Source of the DNA: a virus
Taxonomy: Duplodnaviria; Caudoviricetes
Virus record (IMG/VR): IMGVR_UViG_3300036826_000378
Span: 1 to 58,061 of that record
Length of the DNA: 58,061 nucleotides
Strand: one strand, 5' to 3'
Part shown: one piece after another, positions 25,666 to 34,858 of the stretch
How positions within the stretch are numbered: position 1 is the first letter of the stretch
Layout: the number at the start of each line of letters is the position of its first letter
Made by a program: the position numbers and the translations under genes
Notes under the pieces: model-generated
Told to the model about the DNA's origin: nothing
Seen by the model: only the letters and a program-made list of their open reading frames with translations
Database searches by the model: none

Positions 25666-26435
25666 GCCTCGCCCCCGCCTACGACTCCACGGTCCTGGCC
25701 AACTGGCTGGCCGAGCACAACGCGCCCGGCCGCCGGAGCCGGACCGCGATCACGCGGCTGCGCCGCGTACGCGCCCAGCGGCGCCGGGAGCGTGCTCCCA
25801 GCGCCGCCACGATGTTCTACGTCCGCCTGGCGGGGATCTACACCGCAGAGATCGCGCGTCGCGGCGGAGAGACGCGAATCGACGCCAAGAGCAGTGCGCA
25901 CGCACTGCGCTTCGCCGATCGGCAGCGGGTGGAAGGTGCGTGGCTGACCCTGCTGCGCGTCGAGGGCTGGCGCTACTACGGCGGCCGTGAGGGCCACCAC
26001 CGCGCGACCCTCGCCTACCTCTGTGGTCGTGACGACGCCGGCCTGTGGGCAACGCGGGTGCCGGGCACCTGCACGACCGTCCGCGCCGCGCTGGACCGGC
26101 TCACACCGAACGACGTGACGATCGCCCAGTTCGACGCGCGGGAGCGGGGCAAGAGGCGCCGCGTCCTCCGCCAGGGCGACATCTACGCCGTCGAGACGAA
26201 CGCCGCACACGACACGCCGAGTGGACCCGTAGGCGAGGCGCGGCGCACCAGCGCTGGCGTCCTGTTCAACTCGCACGTGTGGGACGCCGAGACGCGGATG
26301 CTCATGCACGTGCCGGCCGAGGGAGAAGGGCGCCACGCGGCGTTGTACCTCCCCCACCCGGTGCGCTTCGTCCAGCAGCGGACCTACGCGATGGGCCGCG
26401 GCGACAGCGGCGGAAGCTGGGGGACCGCGGACTGA
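25662..26435 (+). CDS. hypothetical phage protein (RQGDIY motif)
   Basis: long high-GC3 coupled ORF. Confidence 0.75.
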   Translation: MSLAPAYDSTVLANWLAEHNAPGRRSRTAITRLRRVRAQRRRERAPSAATMFYVRLAGIYTAEIARRGGETRIDAKSSAHALRFADRQRVEGAWLTLLRVEGWRYYGGREGHHRATLAYLCGRDDAGLWATRVPGTCTTVRAALDRLTPNDVTIAQFDARERGKRRRVLRQGDIYAVETNAAHDTPSGPVGEARRTSAGVLFNSHVWDAETRMLMHVPAEGEGRHAALYLPHPVRFVQQRTYAMGRGDSGGSWGTAD

Positions 26436-26725
26436 TGCCCGCGGTTGCAACCAAGCTGGCGATTCAGGGGGAGCTGCTGCGCCAGCTCGCGGCCTGGTCG
26501 GATTGCCGATCCGCGCGGCCAAACTGGATGGATGACGAAGAGGCGCGCATGCACGCCTTGGTCAATGGCTACCGGGCTGAAGCCGGGTTGGTGCCGGTCG
26601 CGCGGAAGGTCGTCGCGAAGGTGAATCAGGCGGCCAGCGGGCATATCGACTACGCCCACAAGTTCACGCTCTACTGCGCCGAGCTGGCGCTCGGCCAGGA
26701 GCCCTGGCCGGGAGTGTTGAGCTGA
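26435..26725 (+). CDS. hypothetical protein (GHIDYAHKF.LYCAEL)
   Basis: TGATG overlaps at both ends. Confidence 0.7.
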   Translation: MPAVATKLAIQGELLRQLAAWSDCRSARPNWMDDEEARMHALVNGYRAEAGLVPVARKVVAKVNQAASGHIDYAHKFTLYCAELALGQEPWPGVLS

Positions 26726-27108
26726 TGACCCTCAGTGGAGAGCTGCGGCGGCTGGCCACGACGCTGAACAAGGCGCGGTGGTGGTCGGGCACCTCGGACG
26801 CCGTCAACCACCTCACCGACGCGGCTCGTGAGCTGGATCGTATCCCCGGGATGGAGCAGACGATGGCCGGCTGGCAGGAGATCGCCCTGCGCGTGCAGGA
26901 CGGTGGCGACTTCTGGAAGGAGCGTGCTGGGCGACTGGAGACGGCGTTGCGGGTGGCGGCCGTCTGCTGGCAGCCGGAGGAGTCCGCAGGTTGGCGGCAG
27001 TGCACCGCCACGGAGCCCGAACTGGAGGACTGCGGCAGGTGCCCTGGCTGTCGGGCCAAGGTCGCGCTGCCGCTCCTGCCGGAGGCGACACAGGGAACCT
27101 CGGGCTGA
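26725..27108 (+). CDS. hypothetical protein with C-terminal Cys cluster
   Basis: TGATG overlaps. Confidence 0.7.
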   Translation: MTLSGELRRLATTLNKARWWSGTSDAVNHLTDAARELDRIPGMEQTMAGWQEIALRVQDGGDFWKERAGRLETALRVAAVCWQPEESAGWRQCTATEPELEDCGRCPGCRAKVALPLLPEATQGTSG

Positions 27109-27350
27109 TGGCTCGCCGAAAGCTGAGCGATGCCCAGCGACGCCTGCTGGAGACGCTGGCGAGGTGGGGCCCACGGCCCACGGCGGCGTGTGCGCGTGCG
27201 GATGGTGCATGGGATGTTTCGGCCGTGTGTGCGGCCGCACTCGAACGTGCTGGCCTGGTGGAAGGGCACTACACGGGGACACCGTCGGTCTGGAAGGTGG
27301 AGATCACCGAGGCCGGCCGCCGCGCGCTGACGGAGGCGGCTACCTCGTGA
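27108..27350 (+). CDS. winged-helix-like DNA-binding protein
   Basis: LSDAQRRLL...ALERAGLV...ITEAGRRAL pattern. Confidence 0.6.
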   Translation: MARRKLSDAQRRLLETLARWGPRPTAACARADGAWDVSAVCAAALERAGLVEGHYTGTPSVWKVEITEAGRRALTEAATS

Positions 27351-27574
27351 GCGTGCTGGAGCTGAGCGGCTGCATCCGGCTGGGCTGCAAGGCGGGAGAG
27401 AAGCGGCTGGAGTACAGCGCGTTCCTGGGGCGGCGGCCGCGCTATCGCCGCGGGTTCCGCTGGTTCGGTCGATGGCGCCACGGAGCGCTGTGGGCCGGCT
27501 GGCTGATCGCCTCATGGACGTTGGCCACCTCTCCCCTGCCTCTTCCCCGCTCCGACCAGCTCGAACCCGACTAA
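27347..27574 (+). CDS. small Trp/Arg-rich hypothetical protein
   Basis: SD GGAGG, GTGA overlap. Confidence 0.55.
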   Translation: MSVLELSGCIRLGCKAGEKRLEYSAFLGRRPRYRRGFRWFGRWRHGALWAGWLIASWTLATSPLPLPRSDQLEPD

Positions 27575-27625
27575 GGGGGATCGAAACCGAACACGGCAAC
27601 CGGCTGAAGGAAAGGAGGAGCAATC

Positions 27626-28780
27626 TTGGGGGACGAGGGCGACAGGTACCAAGGCGTCATCGACGCCTTCCTGGACGGACGCTCGTTGGCCACGAGGCAG
27701 GCGTACACGAACGACCTGGAGGGCTACGCCACCTCGCAGGGCCAGAGGCCAGCAGAGGCGCTCAGGGCGCTTCTGGTGGAGCGGAGCAAGGGGCAGCATC
27801 TGCTGCTCACGTACGGCATCCACCTGACGCTCCACGGGCGTGCGCCGGCCACGTTGCGGCGCCAGCTCACCACGCTCGTGGCGCTGACCAGGCTCGCGCA
27901 CGACCGCGGCCTGGTCGACTTCGAGCTGGAGGTGCCGAGCGTCGAGGAAGTCGAGGCGGCCACGCTCGTCGTCACCTCGAACGCCCATCCAGACGTCGCG
28001 TACTTCATCCCGCGCGGCGACCTGGAGGTCGACCGGCTGGACATGCAGCACTACGCCGTCTGGGAGGCGTTCGGGGGCAACTACATGGCCCCGGTCCGCC
28101 GCCCGCGGCGGGTCCTGGACGTCGGTTCCGGCACTGGCCAGTGGGGCTTCGATCTGTGCAGCGTGTTCCCGGGGGCGGACGTCGTCGGCTTCGACCTCGT
28201 CCGCAGCAAGCACCCGTGGCCGCTGGGCTACCACTGCGTGCTCGGCAACGCCCTGCTCGGCCTGCCCTTCGTCAGCAACGGCTTCGACTACGTGCACATG
28301 CGCTTCCTGGTCGCGGGCATCCCACTCGCCGTGTGGGCGGACAGCGTACGTGAGCTGGTGCGCGTCACCCAGCCGGGTGGCTGGATCGAGCAGATGGAGG
28401 TCCGCATCGTGGCGGAGCCCACCGGGCCGGCCACCGAGCGGGTGATGGGCATGGCTCGGGGGATGATGGCCCGGGCCGGTCTGGACGCGGCCGGCGAGAT
28501 GTACGGGGACATGGCGGGCTACCTCCACCGCGCCGGCATGGTCGTGGCCGGCGAAGAGGAGAAGCGACTCCCCGTGGGTGAATGGGGCGGACGTGTCGGC
28601 CAGTTGCTGGCGACCGATCTCCGGACCGGGCTGTATCGCCTGGCCGACACCTTCCGCGTCCACTTCGGCATCGAAGAGGCGGAATTCACGCCGCTGATGG
28701 TGGCCGCCACCCAGGAGTGGGAGGAGTGCCACTCCACCATCCCATTCAAGGTGGTGTGGGCCCGCAAGCCGGGATGGTAG
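27626..28780 (+). CDS. fusion of tyrosine-recombinase core-binding (SAM-like) domain and class I SAM methyltransferase
   Basis: N-term FL..RS.AT..AY..DL...APAT.RR.L..L; C-term EVDRLDMQH, VLDVGSGTG.W, FDYVHMR, PGGWI; SD AGGAGG before TTG. Confidence 0.75.
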   Translation: MGDEGDRYQGVIDAFLDGRSLATRQAYTNDLEGYATSQGQRPAEALRALLVERSKGQHLLLTYGIHLTLHGRAPATLRRQLTTLVALTRLAHDRGLVDFELEVPSVEEVEAATLVVTSNAHPDVAYFIPRGDLEVDRLDMQHYAVWEAFGGNYMAPVRRPRRVLDVGSGTGQWGFDLCSVFPGADVVGFDLVRSKHPWPLGYHCVLGNALLGLPFVSNGFDYVHMRFLVAGIPLAVWADSVRELVRVTQPGGWIEQMEVRIVAEPTGPATERVMGMARGMMARAGLDAAGEMYGDMAGYLHRAGMVVAGEEEKRLPVGEWGGRVGQLLATDLRTGLYRLADTFRVHFGIEEAEFTPLMVAATQEWEECHSTIPFKVVWARKPGW

Positions 28781-28816
28781 ACGTGGCCGCCGCCAGCAGC
28801 GGACAATCCCGCGGTG
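28778..28816 (+). promoter_or_regulatory. possible sigma70-type leaderless promoter
   Basis: TAGACG-18-GACAAT-6-GTG, no SD. Confidence 0.45.
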
Positions 28817-29263
28817 GCTGAACACGTCACGTTCTGGTTTGGACCCGCGCCGTGGGGACCGGCTTTCGCCGATGAGGAGGAAGAGGAGGAGCGCTACACG
28901 GTGGAGCTCCCCTCGCCCCTCTTTCCTGCTGGTGCGACTGCTGAGCGCTCCTGGCGGCCGCCGCGGGTGCGCGCCGTCGAGATCCCGACGCCGGTTGGCG
29001 AACTCTGCATGGCCTGCCACGAAGCCGTCGAGGAAGGCGACTCCGGGGAGATGGCGGTGCTCATCACCGGCACGCCCGCCGCGCCGGTTGGGCAGTTCCT
29101 CCCCCTCCACCGCGAGTGCGGCCTCCTTCGTGCGGTCGGGCACGAGTTTGGCCTGTGCAACTGCACCAACTACGAGGGTCTGACTCGGCGAGAGGCAGCC
29201 ATCGAGTGCGCCAAACGCCACTCGCGACTGGGCAGCTTCGGGCGCTATGGTCTGAATAACTGA
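28814..29263 (+). CDS. Zn-binding hypothetical protein (CMAC...HREC)
   Basis: coding-like ORF. Confidence 0.7.
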   Translation: MAEHVTFWFGPAPWGPAFADEEEEEERYTVELPSPLFPAGATAERSWRPPRVRAVEIPTPVGELCMACHEAVEEGDSGEMAVLITGTPAAPVGQFLPLHRECGLLRAVGHEFGLCNCTNYEGLTRREAAIECAKRHSRLGSFGRYGLNN

Positions 29264-29292
29264 CAGCCAGACACCGGCAGATGTGGTAGTGC

Positions 29293-29332
29293 GGCAACTA
29301 CGCGGGGCTTATACCACGCGCGCGTAGTTGCC
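29293..29332. repeat. perfect 12-bp inverted repeat GGCAACTACGCG-N16-CGCGTAGTTGCC
   Basis: directly visible at the early/late boundary. Confidence 0.85.
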
Positions 29333-29388
29333 AGTGGCCTGCGCGCGCCACAGGTGGCAATTCTGAGCCGTTGATGTAGTCGGCGGCG

Positions 29389-31758
29389 ATGCCCGACGTC
29401 GTCGCCCCGGCGCTCACTCCCCTGCTCGTTGCGGGGCCCGCCTTGTCAGTGGAAGCCCCCGCCGAGTTCGGTGAGACGGTCCGCCTTCCCTTCCTGAAGA
29501 CGGGCGAGTGGACGTTCGCCAGCGACTACGGCGACATCGCCGTCACAGACACCGACCTGGACACGGTCGTCCGGAACTTCGAGCGTGACGCTCGCCGCCA
29601 GGACATCGCCGTCACGGGAGCGCCGCTGGCGCCGTGGAACGAGGAGCACGCCCCCTTCCCTGACGACGCTGACCCGGCCTCCTACGTCGGACCCGGCGCG
29701 GTCGGCTGGATCAAGGGCCTGGAGCGCGACGGCGACACCGTCTACGCCCAGGTCGAGCTGAACCGTCTCGGCGAGCAACTCATGCGTGACGACCGGTACA
29801 GGGGTGTGAGTCCCGAGCTGATGCTCCACTGGACCGACCCGGAATCCCTGGAGAGCTGGGGCATGACCGCGGTCGGCGGCGCCTTTACCACGCGGCCGCG
29901 GATGAAGGCTCTCGCGCATCGCGACGGCCCCATGACGGAGCTGGCCGCCAGCGAAGCACGCGTCCTGGCCTTCGCCGAGCAGCCAGTGGAGTTCGCGGAC
30001 GGTGGCGGAGAGGGGCACGGCGTCTTCACGGGCTCCCACAGCCACGCGCACCCGGCCTTCGGCTCGCAGGAAGGCGACGAGACGCACGGCCACAAGCACA
30101 GCCACGACGGGGACGCCGAGCACGACCACACGCACGACATGGCGGAGTCGGACAGCGACGGAGAGGGGGGCAGCGACGGGAAGGTCGACTGCCCAACGTG
30201 CAGTGGCGAGGGCAAGGTCATGGGAGGCAAGCGCGACTGCCCTGACTGCGGCGGCAGCGGGAAGGTCACGCCGGCCAAGGCGAAGCAGCTCAAGGCGGCA
30301 GAGCTGTCAGCGAGCTCGACGAACGACCTTCCGGATTCCGCCTTCGCCTACATCGAGCCGGGTGGCGAGAAGGACGCGGACGGGAAGACGACGCCGCGCA
30401 GCCTGCGCCACTACCCCGTCCAGGACAAGGCCCACGCCGACAACGCCGCCGCGCGCGCCGCTCAGCAGATGAAGAAGGGCGGCGAGGGCGCCGCCATCGC
30501 ACAGAAGGCGCTCTCGAAGATCCGCGCGGCGCAGAAGAAGTACGGCGCCAAGGCGGCCACCGAGCTGGCCAGTGTCCATGTGGACAAGCCGCTCACGGAC
30601 CTCTCGATCGCCTACGCCTACCCGGACCGGCAGCGTCTTCCCCTCCACACCGCAGAGGCCGTGAAGGGGTCGATGGCGCGCTTCCAGACGGTGGAAGCAA
30701 GCGAAGAGGAGCGCGACCAAGCGTGGGGTGCGCTTCGCCAGGCGGCCGAGCAGCACGGCGTCGCTGTGCCCACCTCCTGGCGCGAGCTGAAGGCGTCCGA
30801 GTGCGCCGCCCTGCTGATGCAGGAGGGCCTTGATGGCGACGTCGCCGAAGACGTCGCAGAGGGCCAGCTCGCGCCGTGTGTGTGGCAGCCGCCGTACTGC
30901 GACTTCGGCCGCTGTCCCGGCTACACGCGCTCCGACCCAGACAACGACGGGGATGCGGACTGCTGCCTGATGGCCAGCAAGGGCTGCAACGGCTACCAGC
31001 CGATGGTGCAGGTGCAGCCGAGTGCAACTTTCGTGAGTCCGCAGGCTTCGACCTACTACCGCGAGCTGGCATCGCGATCAGGAGGCCCAATGCGACAGAC
31101 AGAGAACACGAAGGAGGAGCCTGTGAAGGCGTCAGAGCCGGCACCAGAGCCGGCCCCGGAGCCTGCTGCGCCTCCTGCTCCCGAACCGACTGCGCCTCCT
31201 GCCGAGCCGGAGCCCGCGCAGCCAACCGCGGAGCCGACCACGCCCGAAGCTCCCGCAGAGCCGGAGAAGCCGAACACCGCGCAGGCGGACCTGTCGGAGT
31301 TCCAGGCGATCCTGGCCGCGGAGCGCAAGGAGCGCGAGGCGCTGACCGCACGCCTGGTGGCGGCGGAGACCAACGTCCAGACCGAGCGCGAGGCGCGCCT
31401 TCGCATGGAGGCCGCCACCCGCCTGGCAGAGGTCGCTGGTCGCGTCGAGAACCTCGTCCGCAGCGGCCGCATCACACCCGCACAGCGCGAGCTGGTCATG
31501 GCCGAGCCGGCGAAGCTCAGCGAGGACCCCAGCTTCCTGGCAGTGCTGGAGGCGGCGCCGGAGAACAGCGCCGTCGACATGCGCGAGCGCGGGACCGGCA
31601 CCGAGGAGAGCCGGCCGGAGGGCGCCCGCCTGGAGGCGGCCGCCAAGGCGCTCATGAGCGAGCGGCAGCAGTCCCTGGACGGAAACGACCCCAACTTCTT
31701 CAAGAACTACAAGGCGGCGCTGCTCGAAGTCGGGCGCACCGGCTATCGGGCCCGGTAG
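29389..31758 (+). CDS. Mu gpI-like prohead protease/scaffold with extra inserted domains
   Basis: NEEH, AVGWIKGL, YRGVSPE, GGAFTTRP; C-terminal coiled coil with GRITPAQ; position before decoration and capsid genes. Confidence 0.8.
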   Translation: MPDVVAPALTPLLVAGPALSVEAPAEFGETVRLPFLKTGEWTFASDYGDIAVTDTDLDTVVRNFERDARRQDIAVTGAPLAPWNEEHAPFPDDADPASYVGPGAVGWIKGLERDGDTVYAQVELNRLGEQLMRDDRYRGVSPELMLHWTDPESLESWGMTAVGGAFTTRPRMKALAHRDGPMTELAASEARVLAFAEQPVEFADGGGEGHGVFTGSHSHAHPAFGSQEGDETHGHKHSHDGDAEHDHTHDMAESDSDGEGGSDGKVDCPTCSGEGKVMGGKRDCPDCGGSGKVTPAKAKQLKAAELSASSTNDLPDSAFAYIEPGGEKDADGKTTPRSLRHYPVQDKAHADNAAARAAQQMKKGGEGAAIAQKALSKIRAAQKKYGAKAATELASVHVDKPLTDLSIAYAYPDRQRLPLHTAEAVKGSMARFQTVEASEEERDQAWGALRQAAEQHGVAVPTSWRELKASECAALLMQEGLDGDVAEDVAEGQLAPCVWQPPYCDFGRCPGYTRSDPDNDGDADCCLMASKGCNGYQPMVQVQPSATFVSPQASTYYRELASRSGGPMRQTENTKEEPVKASEPAPEPAPEPAAPPAPEPTAPPAEPEPAQPTAEPTTPEAPAEPEKPNTAQADLSEFQAILAAERKEREALTARLVAAETNVQTEREARLRMEAATRLAEVAGRVENLVRSGRITPAQRELVMAEPAKLSEDPSFLAVLEAAPENSAVDMRERGTGTEESRPEGARLEAAAKALMSERQQSLDGNDPNFFKNYKAALLEVGRTGYRAR

Positions 31759-31788
31759 GGGCGAACAGGAGGTTAGGAGCACACATCA

Positions 31789-32220
31789 ATGGCCGGTGAA
31801 GCCCCCATCCTGGTCCAGACGTTCGACAACGTCGGGCTGGCGAACCCCAACCCCTACAGCGTCATGGAGCTCGACGTCTCGAACTCCGACGCGGTGCGGA
31901 CCTCAGCCAAGCTGCCGACGGCGGCTGACTCCGAGTGCATCGGAGTCCTGTACGACCGTGCCAAGCTGGACACCAACGGCAACGTGGTGGCGAACAGCGG
32001 CTTCGCGCTGCGGATGCAGGGCATCGCACGCTGTGTCGCCGCGAGCGCCATCACCGCGGGCGACTTCGTTGCCGTGCAGGACAACACAGGTCGCATCAGC
32101 ACCCAGGCGAAGGCCACTGCCGGCAACCTGCTCATCCCGATCGTCGGCCGCGCGCTCACTACGTGCGCCAACGCCAACGAAACGGTCCTGGTGCTTCTCA
32201 TGATCGGAGCGAGGGTCTGA
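31789..32220 (+). CDS. capsid decoration/cement protein (DUF2190-like)
   Basis: G.A.C.A..AI.AGD.V....GR...VGRAL pattern; lies between scaffold and MCP. Confidence 0.75.
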   Translation: MAGEAPILVQTFDNVGLANPNPYSVMELDVSNSDAVRTSAKLPTAADSECIGVLYDRAKLDTNGNVVANSGFALRMQGIARCVAASAITAGDFVAVQDNTGRISTQAKATAGNLLIPIVGRALTTCANANETVLVLLMIGARV

Positions 32221-32221
32221 C

Positions 32222-33163
32222 ATGCCCTGGGCACCAGACGTTCACATCGATCAGGCCCTGACAACGCTGAGCATCTCGTACAAGAACGAGTCCCTCATCT
32301 ACGACAGGGTCCTGCCGGCGATCCCCGTGGACAAGCGCTCGGACCTGTACTTCATCTACGGCCGCGAGCAGTTCAGGAAGCTGGACGACCTCGTTCGTCC
32401 GGGTTCCGTGAGCCCCGAGTGGGAGCGCACCATCTCGCGTGACAGCTACAACTGCGAGCGTCACGCGCAGAAGCAGCTCATCACGGACGCGGAGCGCCGC
32501 CTCAGCGACAACCCGCTCCAGCCGGACGCCGACACGACGGAGTTCCTGACCGACAGGGTCATGAACCAGCGCGAGTTCAACACGATCTCCCTGGTGACCG
32601 ACTCGACCCAGGTCCCGAACAACCTGACGCTGTCGGGCACTTCCCAGTGGAGCGACTACGTCAACAGCGCGCCGCTCACCAACATCAAGAACGGTCGCCT
32701 CATCGCACGGTTCGGTGCTCTGCGTGAGGCGAACATGATGACGATGTCACTGGACGTGGCACTTGGATTGGCCGATCACCCCAGCGTGAAAGACCTCATC
32801 AAGTACACCAGTCCCGGGAACATCAGCAGCAGCGGGCTGCCGAACGTCATCCGCGGCCTCCAGGTCAACGTGGCCGGCGCGTACATCGACACCAGCAACC
32901 CGGGTGCGACGCCGAGCTTCGCAACGGTGTGGGGCAAGAACGCCTTGATCCACTACACCAACCCGTCGCCCGGCGGGCTGAAGACGATCACCTTCGGTGC
33001 ATCGTTCGAAGCCCCGGACGACACGACCGGGGTGCGCGGCTTCAGCATGATGAAGTGGCGGGACGAGGCGCGGCACGGCGACTACGTCGAGTGCGCCAAC
33101 ACGTACACGCTCAAGCTGATCGCGCCGACCGCGGCGTACCTCTTCCTCGCGGCTGTCGCCTGA
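32222..33163 (+). CDS. major capsid protein
   Basis: 313 aa, HID..LT.LS..Y.N, QWSDY, synteny, terminator downstream. Confidence 0.85.
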   Translation: MPWAPDVHIDQALTTLSISYKNESLIYDRVLPAIPVDKRSDLYFIYGREQFRKLDDLVRPGSVSPEWERTISRDSYNCERHAQKQLITDAERRLSDNPLQPDADTTEFLTDRVMNQREFNTISLVTDSTQVPNNLTLSGTSQWSDYVNSAPLTNIKNGRLIARFGALREANMMTMSLDVALGLADHPSVKDLIKYTSPGNISSSGLPNVIRGLQVNVAGAYIDTSNPGATPSFATVWGKNALIHYTNPSPGGLKTITFGASFEAPDDTTGVRGFSMMKWRDEARHGDYVECANTYTLKLIAPTAAYLFLAAVA

Positions 33164-33183
33164 CAGGAAGGGCTCGAAGGACA

Positions 33184-33220
33184 AACGGGGCTGCCGGAAC
33201 GGCGGCCCCGTTCTTCGTTT
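33184..33220 (+). terminator. intrinsic terminator after MCP
   Basis: AACGGGGCTGCCG/CGGCGGCCCCGTT stem plus CTTCGTTT. Confidence 0.75.
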
Positions 33221-33260
33221 GGTTGGCGAGAGTCGGGCCCGAACCATCATCATCGCGCGC

Positions 33261-33641
33261 GTGGCAGAGTGGGCTTTTACAGACGCAGAGCTGGACGCGG
33301 TGGTGGAGTGGCTGTTCCTGGGCATACCGGGCGGCATCGAGGCGTACCTGAACGACCACCCGTTTGACCTACACCCCGGGAATCCGCAGGCATTGGCCTC
33401 TCTGGCGAAGCGCATCCGCGGCCAGGTGCGGGCCCGGCTTCACAACCTCAGACAGAACCGCGCGCTGCTGGGCAGCGTCAGCGAAGACGGCCGGCACTGG
33501 TTCCGTCGGCGGCGGGGACAGTCCCTCTGTCAGCAGTGCCTGCTACCGGGTTCGAACGAACTCCACAGGAAGTGCTACCGCTGCGGCTCTCCCTTCCACG
33601 GAGAGAGTACCTGCAAGGAGCCGGTCCGGGCCGCTGTGTAG
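33261..33641 (+). CDS. non-structural-looking Zn-finger protein inserted after MCP
   Basis: CQQC and CYRCG..H...C; start uncertain. Confidence 0.55.
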   Translation: MAEWAFTDAELDAVVEWLFLGIPGGIEAYLNDHPFDLHPGNPQALASLAKRIRGQVRARLHNLRQNRALLGSVSEDGRHWFRRRRGQSLCQQCLLPGSNELHRKCYRCGSPFHGESTCKEPVRAAV

Positions 33642-33685
33642 CTGACCGCCAGGGGCAACCCTGGTCCCGCCATACGTTCACCGGC

Positions 33686-34306
33686 ATGACGGTGAACGAC
33701 AAGCCGGGCCCGCGTGCCGCTGCTGCGGTGGCCGAGCCGGCGCCCGCGCCCCCTGCCCCTCCTGCGATCGAGGATTGGCAGCCCGAAGTTGCGATGCCGA
33801 AGTACGGAGACCGCGGCCCCGCGTGGGACGGTCGCCGCACCCGGCTGCGCACTGCGTACCCGATGATGCGCAACCAGCAGATCCTGGTGCCAGGCGACAC
33901 CTTCGAGGTCAACGCCGTCTACGACAAGGCCAGCAAGCGCTGGGTCGGTCCAGAAGGCGCGCACGTCGAAGACCTCTTCGCCCTCGGCCAGATCGCCGGC
34001 TCGAAGGAGGCCGACAACCGCGCTCGGCTCCAGGCCGCGATCGAGCACGAGCGCGGTGTGCATCCGACACGCGAAGACCCGGAAGGTCGCCCGGACCTCG
34101 CCTCCTACTCGCCGGAGGAGGTCAAGCACCAGTGGGTGCGCGCTATCGCGGGCGGCCAGGACGGCATCAGCCGGCGGGAGCGCCAGGAGTCGCGCAGCGG
34201 CGACGCCAGCACCGACGCGCTGGCCCAGCAACTCGCCGCGCTGCTCCAAGGCGCGGCGCAGCACGCGGGCAGCGCTGCGCCGGGTACCGCGGTCGTGGAT
34301 CGGTAG
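33686..34306 (+). CDS. hypothetical late protein
   Basis: ATG 32 nt after GGCAA, high GC3. Confidence 0.7.
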   Translation: MTVNDKPGPRAAAAVAEPAPAPPAPPAIEDWQPEVAMPKYGDRGPAWDGRRTRLRTAYPMMRNQQILVPGDTFEVNAVYDKASKRWVGPEGAHVEDLFALGQIAGSKEADNRARLQAAIEHERGVHPTREDPEGRPDLASYSPEEVKHQWVRAIAGGQDGISRRERQESRSGDASTDALAQQLAALLQGAAQHAGSAAPGTAVVDR

Positions 34307-34312
34307 GGCTTC

Positions 34313-34858
34313 GTGGCCTCTCTGATCTATACGCCGCCGGCCGGAGGCAATTTGGAGGCCGTCGAGGTCCGGCTCTCGGCGGGCAGCGGCATGATCTACA
34401 CCTTCTCCCCGGGCGTGCCGACGGACGTCCTGCCCGAGCACGTGTCCAACGTGACGGCGGCCCTCCAGGCACTTGCTGGAACCGTCGCCGCCGTTGCACA
34501 GCCGACCGTCGCGAATGTCGGGACGCCCGGGAGCACGACGTACGGCTACAAGGTCGTCGCGGTCACGGCGGACGGCGACACCGTCCCGTCAACGGAGCGG
34601 ACGACCACGACTGGCAACGCGACACTCGACGGCACCAACAAGAACCGGATCACCTGGGTGGCGCCGACAGCGCTCACCGGCGTCATCACCAACTACAAGA
34701 TCCTGCGCTCGACTGGTGGGGCTACTCAGGGCCGCATCAGCACCGTGGCTGGAAACGTCCTGACGCTCGACGACACCGGCCTCGTGGCGAGCGCGTACAC
34801 GCCCGCTGGCAGCGCGCCAGGCCAGATCGCGGTGGGCACTGGCCCAGGAGAAATCTGA
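34313..34858 (+). CDS. Thr/Gly-rich virion protein with beta-sandwich domain
   Basis: YGYKVVAV...GDT..S...ITW...YKILRS...DDTG, similar to the insert in the tail tube gene. Confidence 0.7.
   Translation: MASLIYTPPAGGNLEAVEVRLSAGSGMIYTFSPGVPTDVLPEHVSNVTAALQALAGTVAAVAQPTVANVGTPGSTTYGYKVVAVTADGDTVPSTERTTTTGNATLDGTNKNRITWVAPTALTGVITNYKILRSTGGATQGRISTVAGNVLTLDDTGLVASAYTPAGSAPGQIAVGTGPGEI

Noticed and set aside
27626-27950. Functional integrase and att site
   Set aside because: Only the core-binding part is present; no catalytic residues and no host junction visible
27512-29221. Long antisense or alternate-frame ORFs (also 13424-14842, 4820-6256, 47345-48838 and many others)
   Set aside because: Shadow ORFs expected in high-GC DNA: they overlap better-supported genes, are Arg/Pro/Gly-rich and carry no motifs
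28814-29263. CxxCH motifs (also CTYCH near 3615 and CWGCH near 20825) as c-type heme sites
   Set aside because: No export signals; context fits small Zn-finger phage proteins
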